Made by a program: the position numbers and the translations under genes. From the IMG/VR virus record IMGVR_UViG_2898597404_000001, positions 1 to 64,000 of that record: a DNA stretch of 64,000 nucleotides. One strand, 5' to 3'. Numbering within the stretch: position 1 is the stretch's first letter; every line of letters begins with the position of its first letter. Source of the stretch: a virus (lineage: Duplodnaviria; Caudoviricetes). Below are positions 37,191 through 47,437 of the stretch, piece by piece. The notes beneath the pieces are model-generated. The model made no database searches, had not been told where the DNA came from, and saw only the letters and a program-made list of their open reading frames with translations.

Positions 37191-37227
37191 CGTCTCTAAT
37201 TATGGCCTAATCGAGGGACAGATGCAA
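37191..37227 (-). promoter_or_regulatory. Phage promoter/operator copy 6
   Basis: Reverse complement TTGCAT-N17-CATAAT-TAGAGAC. Confidence 0.7.
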
Positions 37228-37277
37228 ATCCGTGGCCACACCCGGCCACCCCAGGACACCGCCGGAAGGGACGCACC

Positions 37278-38066
37278 ATGACCATCCCGCCCCTCCCCCC
37301 GGCGCGCCCGCCGAGCGCCCTCCACCTCCGCGTCCCCACCCGCATCCTCGACCGCCTCGAAACCGCCACCGAGCAGCACCTCACCGACACCATCACCACG
37401 GCCCGCACCCCCGCCGACCTCCGCAACACCACCGGCACCGTCACCGCCACGATCACCCGCGCAGCCCAGGCCGCCCACCGCATCGGCGCCCTCATCGCCC
37501 GCACCATCACCCCGCCGCCCCGCGACCCCGAGCTGCCCAACCTCATCCCCGACAGCCCCAGCCCCGCCGACACCCTCCGCCTCCTCCAGGACCTCGCCAT
37601 CCCCGACGCCGTCACCCGCCTCCTCGACGACGCCGCCACCCGACTCGAACAGACCACCGCACCCGCCCGCGAACACCTCGAACGCACCGCCCGCCGCGTC
37701 TGGGGCTACGCCCTCACCACCATCCACACCGCCTCCAACCGGGGCGCCACCTGGTACGCCCGAGCCGCGGGCTACGACCTGCGCTGGCACACCCGCGAGG
37801 ACGAGCGCGTCTGCCCCGTCTGCTCGCCCCTCAATGGCCGCACCGCCACCCCCGCCACCGCCTTCACCCTCCCGGCCGGCACCCGCACCTGGCCTGGCTT
37901 CACCGGCCTCCCGCCCGCGCACCCCCGCTGCCGCTGCTCCGTCACACCCGTCCGCCCCGCACCCCGCCCGAGAACCCCCAGCACCACCCACGGCACCACC
38001 CGGCCACCCGGCCGCCGCGCCCTCCTAGACCTGCTCAGACGCCGCAGGCGCCCGGCCACCGCATGA
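37278..38066 (+). CDS. MuF/SPP1 gp7-like minor head protein
   Basis: WHTREDERVCPVC..LNG...PPAHPRCRC. Confidence 0.75.
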   Translation: MTIPPLPPARPPSALHLRVPTRILDRLETATEQHLTDTITTARTPADLRNTTGTVTATITRAAQAAHRIGALIARTITPPPRDPELPNLIPDSPSPADTLRLLQDLAIPDAVTRLLDDAATRLEQTTAPAREHLERTARRVWGYALTTIHTASNRGATWYARAAGYDLRWHTREDERVCPVCSPLNGRTATPATAFTLPAGTRTWPGFTGLPPAHPRCRCSVTPVRPAPRPRTPSTTHGTTRPPGRRALLDLLRRRRRPATA

Positions 38067-38087
38067 CTCCGACGACGACCCCACCAG

Positions 38088-38125
38088 TTGCTATGTCCCG
38101 AAAGTTGGCCTATAATGGAGACATA
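38088..38125 (+). promoter_or_regulatory. Phage promoter/operator copy 7
   Basis: TTGCTA-N17-TATAAT-GGAGACATA. Confidence 0.8.
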
Positions 38126-38157
38126 ACGAAACATCCACACACACCAGGGAGAACCCC

Positions 38158-38379
38158 ATGGACGCCCACACCCTCTCCAACGCCATCTCCGCCATCGGCG
38201 CCGGAGGCTTCGCCGAGCTCACCCTCAAGAACGGCACCACCACCACCGGCCGGATCGTCTTCATCAACGCCATCTTCGACCGCTACGTGATCTTCCGCGC
38301 GAACGGCGCCGAAACCAAGATCCCCTACGAGGACATCGACACCGCCACCAAGATCGCCCCCATCACCGAGACCGCCTGA
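38158..38379 (+). CDS. Small beta-rich hypothetical protein
   Basis: RBS GGGAG, directly after promoter. Confidence 0.7.
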   Translation: MDAHTLSNAISAIGAGGFAELTLKNGTTTTGRIVFINAIFDRYVIFRANGAETKIPYEDIDTATKIAPITETA

Positions 38380-38443
38380 CCCGGACCGGCCCACGCGCCA
38401 ACCCACCACATGCCAACCCACCGCCCGCGAAGGAGGGGACCGG

Positions 38444-38887
38444 ATGGGGACGTCCCAAGCGAAACGCGCCGAAGTCGCGGCCCGCCGCAACAAGGCGATC
38501 CAGCTCCGCCTGGCCGGAGTCGACTGGGACACCATCGCCGAGCAGCTCGGCTACCGGGGCGGACGCGGAGCCGCCTGCAAGGACGTCGCACGGGCCCTGC
38601 AGGAGCGCCGCGCCGACCTCGACAAGACCGCCGAGGAACTCCGCGCCGTCGAGGTCGCCCGCCTCGACCGCCTCCAGGCCGCCGCGTGGGGCCTCGCCGT
38701 CCAAGGCGAACCCGCCTCCCTGAACGCCGTGCTCCGCATCATCGACCGCCGCATCCGGCTCCTCGGCCTGGACGCCCCGCGCCGCACCGAGGTCACCGTC
38801 CAGCAGATCGACTCCAGGGACGCGGAACTGATCGAGATGATCAACGAGGCCCGCGCCGGAGGCGAACCCGGCCCCGGCGGCGGCTGA
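38444..38887 (+). CDS. terS: Terminase small subunit
   Basis: RRNKAIQLRLAG.DWDTIAEQLGY HTH; RLLGLDAP; upstream of TerL. Confidence 0.8.
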   Translation: MGTSQAKRAEVAARRNKAIQLRLAGVDWDTIAEQLGYRGGRGAACKDVARALQERRADLDKTAEELRAVEVARLDRLQAAAWGLAVQGEPASLNAVLRIIDRRIRLLGLDAPRRTEVTVQQIDSRDAELIEMINEARAGGEPGPGGG

Positions 38888-40500
38888 TGGCGGCGGCCGC
38901 GCCCCCCGCCTTCACCGCGGCCGCCGACGCCGACACCTACCTGCGCGGCCCGGACGGCGAACCCCTCGTCGGCGAGACCTTCAGTCTGCGCGACCACCTG
39001 GCCCAGGTGCTCGCGGCCCTGCCCGCGTCCTGGCCAGCCGCCGACCGGGAGCTGGCCACCCCCGACGCCCGCCGCGTCGTCACCAGGTACGACCCGCTCC
39101 TGTTCGCCTACATCTACTGCCGCCACCTGCTCAAGGACGCCGAGGGCAACGTCACCTGGGCGGACACGCACCTGGAGTTCTGCCGCTACGCCCTCTCCTG
39201 GACCCGCCCCGCCGGCCTCCGCGAGCAGCGCCACGCCTTCGTCGCCCCCCGCGAGTCCGCCAAGTCCACGTGGCTGTTCAAGCTCCTGCCGCTCTGGGCC
39301 TCCGCCCACGGCCACATCGAGTTCATCGCCGCCTTCTCGTCCTCCGGCACACAGGCCCACACCCACCTCGCCGGATACCGGAACGAGATCGACAACAACC
39401 AGCTCCTCCGCACCGACTACCCGCTGCTCTGCTCACCCGGCCGCCGCCCGCGCGGAGCCGTCATCTCCGACTCCAGCGCGATGATGTACACCGCGTCCGG
39501 CTTCTCCTTCACCGCCCGCGGCCTGGACTCCTCGATCCTCGGCCTCGTCGACGTGCAGAACCGCCGCCCGCAGCTCCTCCTCCTCGACGACGTCGAGCCG
39601 GACGAGAGCAACTACTCGCTGTACCAGATGGGCAAACGCCGCACGACGATCATGGACACGATTTTGCCGATGAACGAGCGCGCCCACGTCGTCCTCGTCG
39701 GCACCGTCACCATGCCCGGCTCCGTCGTCCACCAGCTCGTCAAGACCGTCCTCGAACCCGACGCGGAAGAGCAGGCCGACTGGATCGCCGAGCAGAACTT
39801 CCAGTGCCACTACTTCCCGCCCCTCGCCCACCGCCCCGACGGCACCCGCCGCTCCATCTGGCCCGACAAATGGCCCGTCTCCTACCTGGAGGGCATCGAG
39901 CACACGCGGAGCTACCGAAAGAACTTCGCCAACGACCCCATGGCCCAGGACGGCGCCTACTGGAACGAGGACGACTTCACCTACAGCGATCCTCTCGCCA
40001 CCACTCGTAAGATCTTGAGCGTGGACGGTGCCGTCACCGACGACAGGTCCAGTGACTACACCGGTCTCGCAGTCGTCTCCTACAGCCCCACCGCCAAGCG
40101 GTGCTGGGTGGAACGTGCCAGCATGGTCAAACTCCTCGCCGAGGACCTGCGCCGCTACGTCCTCACCTGGCTCGAAGACGACCCCGAGATCCGCGGCGTC
40201 CTGGTCGAGACCAACCAGGGCGGCAAGATGTGGCTCGCGACCTTCCACCACTGCCCCGTCCCGGTGAAGACCGTCCACCAGAAGGCCCCCAAGCACGTCC
40301 GCGCCGCCTGGTCCCTGTCCCACTACCAGCGCGGCAAGGTCCACCACGCCGCACGCCTCCGCGACGCCGAGCACCAGATGATCGCCTACCCGCGCGGCGA
40401 ACACGACGACCTGGTCGACGCCATCGGAACCGGGGTCCTCCACTTCCTCGGCCGCCCAGCCCGCCGCAAGGCCGGAGTGCGCCTTGAGAGCCCCACCTGA
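38887..40500 (+). CDS. terL: Terminase large subunit
   Basis: APRESAKST, LLLLDDVE, SVDGA..SDYTG, ETNQGG, HDDLVDA. Confidence 0.92.
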   Translation: MAAAAPPAFTAAADADTYLRGPDGEPLVGETFSLRDHLAQVLAALPASWPAADRELATPDARRVVTRYDPLLFAYIYCRHLLKDAEGNVTWADTHLEFCRYALSWTRPAGLREQRHAFVAPRESAKSTWLFKLLPLWASAHGHIEFIAAFSSSGTQAHTHLAGYRNEIDNNQLLRTDYPLLCSPGRRPRGAVISDSSAMMYTASGFSFTARGLDSSILGLVDVQNRRPQLLLLDDVEPDESNYSLYQMGKRRTTIMDTILPMNERAHVVLVGTVTMPGSVVHQLVKTVLEPDAEEQADWIAEQNFQCHYFPPLAHRPDGTRRSIWPDKWPVSYLEGIEHTRSYRKNFANDPMAQDGAYWNEDDFTYSDPLATTRKILSVDGAVTDDRSSDYTGLAVVSYSPTAKRCWVERASMVKLLAEDLRRYVLTWLEDDPEIRGVLVETNQGGKMWLATFHHCPVPVKTVHQKAPKHVRAAWSLSHYQRGKVHHAARLRDAEHQMIAYPRGEHDDLVDAIGTGVLHFLGRPARRKAGVRLESPT

Positions 40501-40545
40501 CCACCGCCCGGGTCCACACCCGGGCCACCACCCCGCACGCGAAAA

Positions 40546-40568
40546 GGGGGCAACCCCAGGTTGCCCCC
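40546..40568. promoter_or_regulatory. Palindrome GGGGGCAACC-N3-GGTTGCCCCC, copy 2
   Basis: Intergenic between terL and portal. Confidence 0.7.
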
Positions 40569-40593
40569 CACCGGCCGCACAGGAGAGGCAGGC

Positions 40594-42030
40594 ATGGCAG
40601 GCACCACCGACCTCACGACAGGGCTGGAGCAGCTCGACAAGGCCCGCGCCGACTACGACGAAGCCGAGGACTTCTACGAGGGCAACGTCGACGAGATCTT
40701 CACGACCGCCAAGGTCCGCCGCCTCCTCGCCAAGGCCCGCCTCGACAAGCTCCGCGACCTGAACTTCGCCAAGACCCCCGTCGACAAGGTCGTCTCCCGC
40801 CTCAAGATCACCGGCCTCACCGCCCTCACCCCCGCAGGCGACCCCGACGAGGAAGCCCAAGCCGACCTCGAGGCCACCTGGAGGCGCAACAACCTCGGCG
40901 TCACCCTCCACGACCTCATCCAGCACGTCTCCACCTACCGGGACGGCTACCTCTTCGTCTGGCCCTCCGACCCCGCCGACGACGAAGAGGCCGGCACCCC
41001 CGACACCACGGCCGGCACCGAAGACGCCTCCGCCGTCGACGTCCTCATCAACGACCCCCGCACCGTCACCGTCGTCTACTCGGAGGAGAACCCCGGCCAC
41101 GCCCTCTACGCCGTCAAGAAGTGGTGCTCCGACCCCACCAAGGGCAGAGAGGTCCACCAGGCCCGCGTCTACTACCGCGACCGCATCGAGCGCTACCAGT
41201 CCGCCCCCGGCAGCAAGGGCGCCGACGCCGAGGACTGGACGAAGCAGGGCGACGACCTCGACAACCCCTACGGCAGACTCCCCGTCTTCCACCTCAACAT
41301 CCCCCGCCCCGAGCACTACTGGGCGTACACGCCCCAACTGATCATCAACAAGATCGTGCTGATGCACCTGGCCACCGTCGACCACCTCTCCTTCAAACAG
41401 AGGTACGGCCTCCAGGACCCCCGCCTCGACGACATCTCCGGCGGCGCCGACTTCGACGAGGACCACCCCGACGACGACGACCCCGAGAACGAGGACAACG
41501 AGGTCCGCCTCCGCTCCGACCCCGGCGACTTCTGGCACCTCAAGGGCTACTCCGGCGTCGGCGAGTTCTCCGCCTCCGAACCCGGCAACTTCCTCGACCC
41601 CCTGAACTTCTACATCCGCTGCATGGCCCAGCTCACCGACACCCCCCTGCACTACTTCGACCCCACCGGGAACCTGCCGTCCGGCGAGTCCCTCAAGGTC
41701 GCCGACGCCCCCCTCACCGACAAGATCGACAACCGCAAGGAGCGCTACACCGCCCGGATCGAGGCCGCCGCCGAGTTCATCCTCCGCGTCCTCGGCCACG
41801 ACGACGTCCGCGTGGTCGTCGACTGGGGCCCCTCCGGAACCGAGACCGAGACCCGCTCCTCCGTCGACCTCGAACTCGACCGCGCCAGCAAGGTCATCGC
41901 GATGCTCAACGAGCTCGCGGCCGCCGTGGTCGCCGAGATCATGACCCCGCAGGACGCCAAGGACATGATCAGCCGCCTCATGGACCTGGTCAGCGGAGAC
42001 CAGGACGAGAAGAAAGGAATCGCCGCATGA
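40594..42030 (+). CDS. Portal protein (SPP1 gp6-like)
   Basis: FYEG, NFAKTPVD, NPYGRLPVFH, PSGESL; position after terL. Confidence 0.88.
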   Translation: MAGTTDLTTGLEQLDKARADYDEAEDFYEGNVDEIFTTAKVRRLLAKARLDKLRDLNFAKTPVDKVVSRLKITGLTALTPAGDPDEEAQADLEATWRRNNLGVTLHDLIQHVSTYRDGYLFVWPSDPADDEEAGTPDTTAGTEDASAVDVLINDPRTVTVVYSEENPGHALYAVKKWCSDPTKGREVHQARVYYRDRIERYQSAPGSKGADAEDWTKQGDDLDNPYGRLPVFHLNIPRPEHYWAYTPQLIINKIVLMHLATVDHLSFKQRYGLQDPRLDDISGGADFDEDHPDDDDPENEDNEVRLRSDPGDFWHLKGYSGVGEFSASEPGNFLDPLNFYIRCMAQLTDTPLHYFDPTGNLPSGESLKVADAPLTDKIDNRKERYTARIEAAAEFILRVLGHDDVRVVVDWGPSGTETETRSSVDLELDRASKVIAMLNELAAAVVAEIMTPQDAKDMISRLMDLVSGDQDEKKGIAA

Positions 42031-42926
42031 CCCCCCTACTGGACGACACCGGCCGGCCCGCGCTCGCCTCGGTCCGCTGGACGGCCACCCGCCAGGACGA
42101 GGACGGCCGCTGGTGGCACGCCTACACCGACGGAACCCGCCTCCCCGCCGTCCACGGCGCCGAGGGCGACGACGACGATGACGACGGCGGCAGCGGCGGC
42201 GGCAGCGGCGGCGGCAGCGGCGGCGGCGAGGACGACGAGGACGACGACGATGACGGCGGCGAGGACGACGACTACACCCCGCCGTCCCGAGAGGAATGGG
42301 AACGCGCCCAGCAGAAACTCAAGCGCGCCAACCGCGAGGCCGCCCGCCGCCGGAAGTGGCTCGACGACCACGGCATCGACCCCCACACCGGGCAGGCCCG
42401 GAAGGAGGACACCGGCGCCGACGACGACCAGGACGCCCCGAAGCCCAACGCGAAGAAGGCGGACACCGGCAAGGACGCCGACCCCGACGACGACACCGGC
42501 GGCTTCACCGAGGAGCAGGTGACCGCCCGCGTCCGCCGCGCCGTCGACCGCGCCACCGCCCGCACCGAACTGCGCTACAAGCTCCCCCTCGCCCGCTCCG
42601 CCGCCGAAGCCGCCCTCGCCCGCGCCAACTTCAACGGCAAGTCCCTGGACCGGGTCATGAAGCTCATCGACCTCGACGAGATCGACCTCGACGACGACGG
42701 CGAGATGATCGGCCTGGACGACCAGATCGAGCAGATCCGCGAGGACTTCCCCGAATGGTTCTCCCCGCGCCGCCGCCGCCGCGCCACCGACAACACCACC
42801 AGCGGCGGCGGGAACGGTGCCCGCGCCGGGACCAAGGACGTCGGCGGCGCGAACAAGAAGCCCGACAAGGACGACAAGGCGAAGACCTGGAAGGAGACCC
42901 TCGCCGAGCGCATGGGCAGTAGCTGA
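42027..42926 (+). CDS. Capsid scaffolding protein
   Basis: Acidic/Gly-rich region, ANREAARRR, GLDDQIEQIREDFPEWF. Confidence 0.8.
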   Translation: MTPLLDDTGRPALASVRWTATRQDEDGRWWHAYTDGTRLPAVHGAEGDDDDDDGGSGGGSGGGSGGGEDDEDDDDDGGEDDDYTPPSREEWERAQQKLKRANREAARRRKWLDDHGIDPHTGQARKEDTGADDDQDAPKPNAKKADTGKDADPDDDTGGFTEEQVTARVRRAVDRATARTELRYKLPLARSAAEAALARANFNGKSLDRVMKLIDLDEIDLDDDGEMIGLDDQIEQIREDFPEWFSPRRRRRATDNTTSGGGNGARAGTKDVGGANKKPDKDDKAKTWKETLAERMGSS

Positions 42927-43153
42927 CCGCCGGGCGGGCTCCGGGACACGACCCCGGAGCCCGCCCAGGTCATCGACCACCCGAGGGGCCGCGAGGTATC
43001 GTGACCGCGACGCGGACCCCTTGATCACGAAGGGGGGCCGCTGGCACGTCCGCGAGGATGACGGAGCGCCCGAGAGGGCAGGCGGGCCGAGAGGCCACCA
43101 GGAAGCCCGTGAGGGCACGCAAACCGTCCAGCGGGCAAGCCAGGAGGTCTCTC

Positions 43154-44248
43154 GTGTCCCGCATCCACGCATCCACGCGCCCGACGTGGGCCATCGACGA
43201 CGACACCCCCGCCACCCGCACACTCCTCCTCGGCCTCCGCTCCGACGGAACCCCCGTCTACGCCTGGGCCGGCTCGGCACCCGCCGACATCGACGACTGG
43301 ATCCCGATCGAGTACTCGTCGGATGTCTGGCAGCGGGTCATGCTGGAGTCCGCGATCCAGCGGTACGGTTCCCCGGTCCCGATGCGCTCCAAGACCAAGA
43401 GCGTCCCCCGGTCGGAGGGCCTCAAGGTCACCCCCGGCACCACCTACACCGACGACGACTCCGAGAACTCGAACTACATCCTCACCGCGCGCCGGTTCAT
43501 CGCCCGCTTCACGGTCGACGAGGACGACCTCTCCGACGCCGAGAGCATCATCGACGTCATCACGTCCAAGGAGATGGACTGGGCGATCTCCTACTCGGAC
43601 GTCTTCGACCACGCCTGCCTCGGCGTCACCGGGGCCGAGTCGAACACGCCCTCCGACCTGCGCCCCTTCACCAGCGTCTACAAGAGCCTCCGCACCGAGC
43701 AGTCGGCGAATCCGAACCTCGGCTACCCGGTCGACGACCACTACGTGGCCTGGAACGGCACGATCGGCATCGCCGCCGTCCCGGACGGCACCAGCCTGTA
43801 CGAGAAGCTGTCGCAGACGTTCAAGAAGGTGGAGACCTCCAAGTACTGGAGTGAGGCCGACACCCGCGTCATCGCGCACCCCGGCTACCGGGACGCCCTC
43901 CGTCTCGCCACGGACGGCAACGGCTCCCCGATCTTCCGCGAGTCCGCGGGGGTCGACTCCTCCGGCCGCCCGTTCGACACCCTGTTCAACACGCAGATCG
44001 CCTGGTCCCGTGGAGCCCGCACCCACGCGACGAACACCGACACCCCGACCGGCAACGACCTGCTGTTCGTCGGGAACCGGCGCGCGCTCAAGGTCGGCAT
44101 CCGCAACACCGCGCAGACGCTCTTCCAGCCCGCCCGCGCGCAGGACGACACCGACGACGCCGCCGTGAAGTTCCGGGTGCGCCGCGGCTTCCAGCTCGCG
44201 CACCCCCGTGCCTTCGCGGTCATGGAACGCGTCCCCGCCGCGCCCTGA
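43154..44248 (+). CDS. Major capsid protein (HK97 fold)
   Basis: RBS AGGAGG; WIPIEY, DGNGSPIF, RVRRGFQLAHPRAFAVME. Confidence 0.88.
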   Translation: MSRIHASTRPTWAIDDDTPATRTLLLGLRSDGTPVYAWAGSAPADIDDWIPIEYSSDVWQRVMLESAIQRYGSPVPMRSKTKSVPRSEGLKVTPGTTYTDDDSENSNYILTARRFIARFTVDEDDLSDAESIIDVITSKEMDWAISYSDVFDHACLGVTGAESNTPSDLRPFTSVYKSLRTEQSANPNLGYPVDDHYVAWNGTIGIAAVPDGTSLYEKLSQTFKKVETSKYWSEADTRVIAHPGYRDALRLATDGNGSPIFRESAGVDSSGRPFDTLFNTQIAWSRGARTHATNTDTPTGNDLLFVGNRRALKVGIRNTAQTLFQPARAQDDTDDAAVKFRVRRGFQLAHPRAFAVMERVPAAP

Positions 44249-44369
44249 CGGACGCTGACGGCCGCTGACGGCCGCACTGGACGTCTGGCCAGGGGGGCGC
44301 CGACCGGGGGGCGGGGACCCCTGGCCAGACATGACCACACCAGCAGGCACCGACAGCGGGGGAGGGGGA

Positions 44370-44795
44370 ATGGCGAACTGGGCCACCGTCGACGACGTCG
44401 ACACCTACACCGGCGTGACGGTCGAGGAACCCGACCTCGTCCGCGCCGAACTCCTCGTCGGCCTCTTCGCCGACGCCGACCCGGAAGACACCGACGCCGC
44501 GATCTCGAAGAAGAACCTGCGGCTCCTCCGCGCCGCCGTCGCCTACCAGGCCGCCTGGATGCAGCACCACCCCGACGTCTTCCTCAACCTCGACGCCACC
44601 TCGATCAGCCAGGACGGCGTTTCGGTCGGCCACTCCCACGACAACGCAGGCATCCTCGCCCCGCTCGCGAAACGGTCCATCGACCGCCTCTCCTGGCGCC
44701 GCTCCCGCAGCCTCCGCACCCAGGACCAGCCACGCCGGTTCCCGAAGGATTCGGTGTTCTACGACGTCTTCGACCGGGGCTGGAGGGACCTGTGA
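44370..44795 (+). CDS. Head-to-tail adaptor
   Basis: WATVDDV..TG, AVAYQAAWM, LAPLAKR; start may be 44331. Confidence 0.75.
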   Translation: MANWATVDDVDTYTGVTVEEPDLVRAELLVGLFADADPEDTDAAISKKNLRLLRAAVAYQAAWMQHHPDVFLNLDATSISQDGVSVGHSHDNAGILAPLAKRSIDRLSWRRSRSLRTQDQPRRFPKDSVFYDVFDRGWRDL

Positions 44796-45127
44796 GGTCC
44801 CGCGCCACGACCACGGTCAGCATCCTCCGCACCCCGCCCGGCACCGTCGACGCCTACGGCGACCCCGTCGACACCGACACCCCGATCGCGACCCGCATCC
44901 CCGCCTCGATCATCCTCCGCACCGTCCGCCAGTACCTCCCCGACGAGCACCGCACCACCACCGTCGAGACCCACACCGGCCGCCTCCGCGCCGACATCGA
45001 CGTCCAGCCCGACGACCGCCTGAAAGACGAACGCACCGGAACGATCTACAGCATCGAGAACATCGCCCGCCCCCAGTCCTACGCGGGCCTCCCAGACCTC
45101 CACCTCGACCTCAAGCGAACCACCTGA
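44792..45127 (+). CDS. Head closure/stopper protein
   Basis: DAYGDPVD, DRLKDERTG.IY.I. Confidence 0.72.
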   Translation: MRSRATTTVSILRTPPGTVDAYGDPVDTDTPIATRIPASIILRTVRQYLPDEHRTTTVETHTGRLRADIDVQPDDRLKDERTGTIYSIENIARPQSYAGLPDLHLDLKRTT

Positions 45128-45182
45128 ACCCCCGGTCAACGGGGGGACCGACCCGACAGGTCCGCCGTCAAGGAGACCTCCA

Positions 45183-45548
45183 GTGCCCTACGTCCGCGTC
45201 ACCATGACACCGGGCTGGCAGCGCCTCATCCGCCCCGCGCTCCGCCGCACCGAGAACGAGCTCGCCGAAGCCGTCGCACGCGACGCCCGCGGCCTCGTCG
45301 GCGTCGACTCCGGGGACCTCAAGCGCACCATCAAGGCACGCGGCAACCGCGTCTACGTCGGCACCTCCTACTGGCACCACCACGAGTACGGCACCCGCCC
45401 GCACCTGATCCTGCCCCGCCACAAGCAGGCGCTCTACTGGCCCGGAGCCCGGCACCCCGTCGCCCGCGTCCACCACCCCGGCACCGCCCCGAACCCCTTC
45501 CTGCGGACCGCGCTCCGCCGCCGCCGCAACCCCAGGGACCGGCGCTGA
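45183..45548 (+). CDS. HK97 gp10-like neck protein
   Basis: VDSGDLKRTI, EYGTRPH, HPGT.PNPFLR.AL. Confidence 0.8.
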   Translation: MPYVRVTMTPGWQRLIRPALRRTENELAEAVARDARGLVGVDSGDLKRTIKARGNRVYVGTSYWHHHEYGTRPHLILPRHKQALYWPGARHPVARVHHPGTAPNPFLRTALRRRRNPRDRR

Positions 45549-46003
45549 TGGCCGAGCCCCCGAGCAGCGAGATCGTCGCCGTCGCCTGGCTCCGCACCCT
45601 GCCCGGCATCCCCCCGAACGGCGTCGCCACCACCCTCCCCGGCGACACCTCCACCTGGCACGACACCGGGTTCGTCACCGTCCACCTCACCGGAGGCGAC
45701 CCCGGCCTCCACGTCCCGCAGCGCGCCCCGGTCCTGCAGCTCGACTGCTGGGCCGCCAACCCCAACAGCCAGAAGCCCCCCTGGGGCCGCGCCAACGCCC
45801 TCGCCGAACGCATCGTCGACGCCTGCCGCCCCGCACAGCAGCGCCGGCTCATGGGCCGGATCGCCCTCCCGGCCCCGTACCAGGACGCCCGCGTGCAGAC
45901 CGCGAACGTCGAGACCGAGCCCCGCCGCGTCTACCCCGACGAGGCCCGCTTCGCCGACTACATGCTCGAACTCGCCCTCTACTGGGTCCCGGTGGCCGCA
46001 TGA
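45548..46003 (+). CDS. Tail terminator
   Basis: VAWLR, QLDCWA; position. Confidence 0.72.
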   Translation: MAEPPSSEIVAVAWLRTLPGIPPNGVATTLPGDTSTWHDTGFVTVHLTGGDPGLHVPQRAPVLQLDCWAANPNSQKPPWGRANALAERIVDACRPAQQRRLMGRIALPAPYQDARVQTANVETEPRRVYPDEARFADYMLELALYWVPVAA

Positions 46004-46206
46004 CCGGCCAGCTGTACGGGCTGTGGGGCGAGCGCTCCGGCTGCCTCCTCACCTGGCGGGGCCGCGTCATCACCCACACGTCCCGCGCCGAGCTGGAGTA
46101 CCTCTACCCGGACACCCGGATCGTCCCCGTCCCGCGCGGCATCCGCCCCGACGAGCACGTCCCCCTCCAGTACGTCCCCACCCGCCCATCAGGGAGGCCC
46201 GCATGA
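46000..46206 (+). CDS. Hypothetical protein
   Basis: ATGA overlaps; LLTWRGRVITH.SRAELEYL. Confidence 0.65.
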   Translation: MTGQLYGLWGERSGCLLTWRGRVITHTSRAELEYLYPDTRIVPVPRGIRPDEHVPLQYVPTRPSGRPA

Positions 46207-46403
46207 CCCGCCACAAGGTCCGCACCACCATGAACCCGGCCGAGGAGATCGAGGTGTCGCAGCACGAGTACGACGACCTCTACCGCCAGGGCCTCATCGC
46301 CCCCGACAAGCCCGCCGACAAGCCCGCCGACAAGCCCGCGGACCCGTCGTCCGGGACGGGCGGCAGGAGCAAGCCCAAGACCGCCGAGCAGAGCAAGGAG
46401 TAG
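46203..46403 (+). CDS. Small hypothetical virion-region protein
   Basis: VRTTMNP.EEIEV...DLYRQGL. Confidence 0.7.
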   Translation: MTRHKVRTTMNPAEEIEVSQHEYDDLYRQGLIAPDKPADKPADKPADPSSGTGGRSKPKTAEQSKE

Positions 46404-46409
46404 CCGACC

Positions 46410-46994
46410 ATGCCGGTCACCGTCACCAACCTCATCCAGGGCCCCGCCGACCTGTACCGGGGCGACTTCGGCGCAGCCGAACCCACCGAAGCCGACATCA
46501 GCATGGACGTCGAGGACACCACCGTCGCCGCGAGCTGGACCGACCTCGGCGGCACCCAGGACGGCGTCACCCTCACCCTCGAACAGGAATACGCCGAGCT
46601 GGAAGTGGACCAGATCGTCGACGTCCCCGAGTCCCGCCTCACCAAGCGCGTCTTCACGATCAAGACGAACTTCGCCGAACCCACCCTGGAGAACTTCAAG
46701 GTCGCCGCCAACGGCGGCACCATCACCGCCGGGGCCACCAGCAAGAAGTACACCCCCGCCATGGACAACAGCGCCGTCTCACCCGACTACAGCGCGCTCC
46801 TGTTCGACGGCATCGCCCCCGCGAGCCTGCGCCGCCGCGTCATCGCCCGCAAGGTCCTCAACACCGCGGCGGTGGAGCAGCCCGCCCAGAAGGACGGTCA
46901 GACCCTGTTCCCCGTCGAACTCAAGGGCCACTACGTCTCCAAGAGCATCCCGCCGTTCGACTACACCGACGAGCTGCCCCCCGTCGCACCCTGA
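46410..46994 (+). CDS. Major tail (tube) protein
   Basis: NLIQGPADLY, WTDLGGTQDGV, EVDQ, AEPTLEN. Confidence 0.88.
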   Translation: MPVTVTNLIQGPADLYRGDFGAAEPTEADISMDVEDTTVAASWTDLGGTQDGVTLTLEQEYAELEVDQIVDVPESRLTKRVFTIKTNFAEPTLENFKVAANGGTITAGATSKKYTPAMDNSAVSPDYSALLFDGIAPASLRRRVIARKVLNTAAVEQPAQKDGQTLFPVELKGHYVSKSIPPFDYTDELPPVAP

Positions 46995-47050
46995 CCCCCG
47001 CTCGCCTGTAGCGGCCCGTCAACGGCCGCCCCCACCCGCCAGGAGACCCC

Positions 47051-47437
47051 GTGTCGGTAGACGACATCGACCTCGCAGACATCCCCCGCATCCCCGAACC
47101 CACCGAACCGGCCAAGATCGAGATGGTCCCGCTCTTCGTGATGGGCGACGACGTCTACGAGATGCCGAAGAAGCCCCCCGCCGGCCTCGCCCTGGAGTAC
47201 CTGGAGAAGCAGGTCGAGGACGGCCCCGACGCCGCCGCCATGTGGGTCATGGTCGAGGTCCTCGGCGAAGAGGTCTACACGATGCTCAAGGACCACCCGT
47301 CCCTCGACTTCGACCAGTTCAACGACATCTTCGAGCGCCTGGAGAAGAACCTCCTGGGGGGAAAGGGCCAGAAGGCGAACCGGGCCCAGCGTGGCGTACG
47401 CCGTCGGCCCGCCTCCAAGAAACCGCGTGGGTCCTGA
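47051..47437 (+). CDS. Tail assembly chaperone (G)
   Basis: Between tail tube and tape measure; ends ...LLGGKG. Confidence 0.85.
   Translation: MSVDDIDLADIPRIPEPTEPAKIEMVPLFVMGDDVYEMPKKPPAGLALEYLEKQVEDGPDAAAMWVMVEVLGEEVYTMLKDHPSLDFDQFNDIFERLEKNLLGGKGQKANRAQRGVRRRPASKKPRGS

Noticed and set aside
42167-42270. GAC/GGC microsatellite-like tract
   Set aside because: Encodes the Asp/Gly low-complexity linker of the scaffold protein
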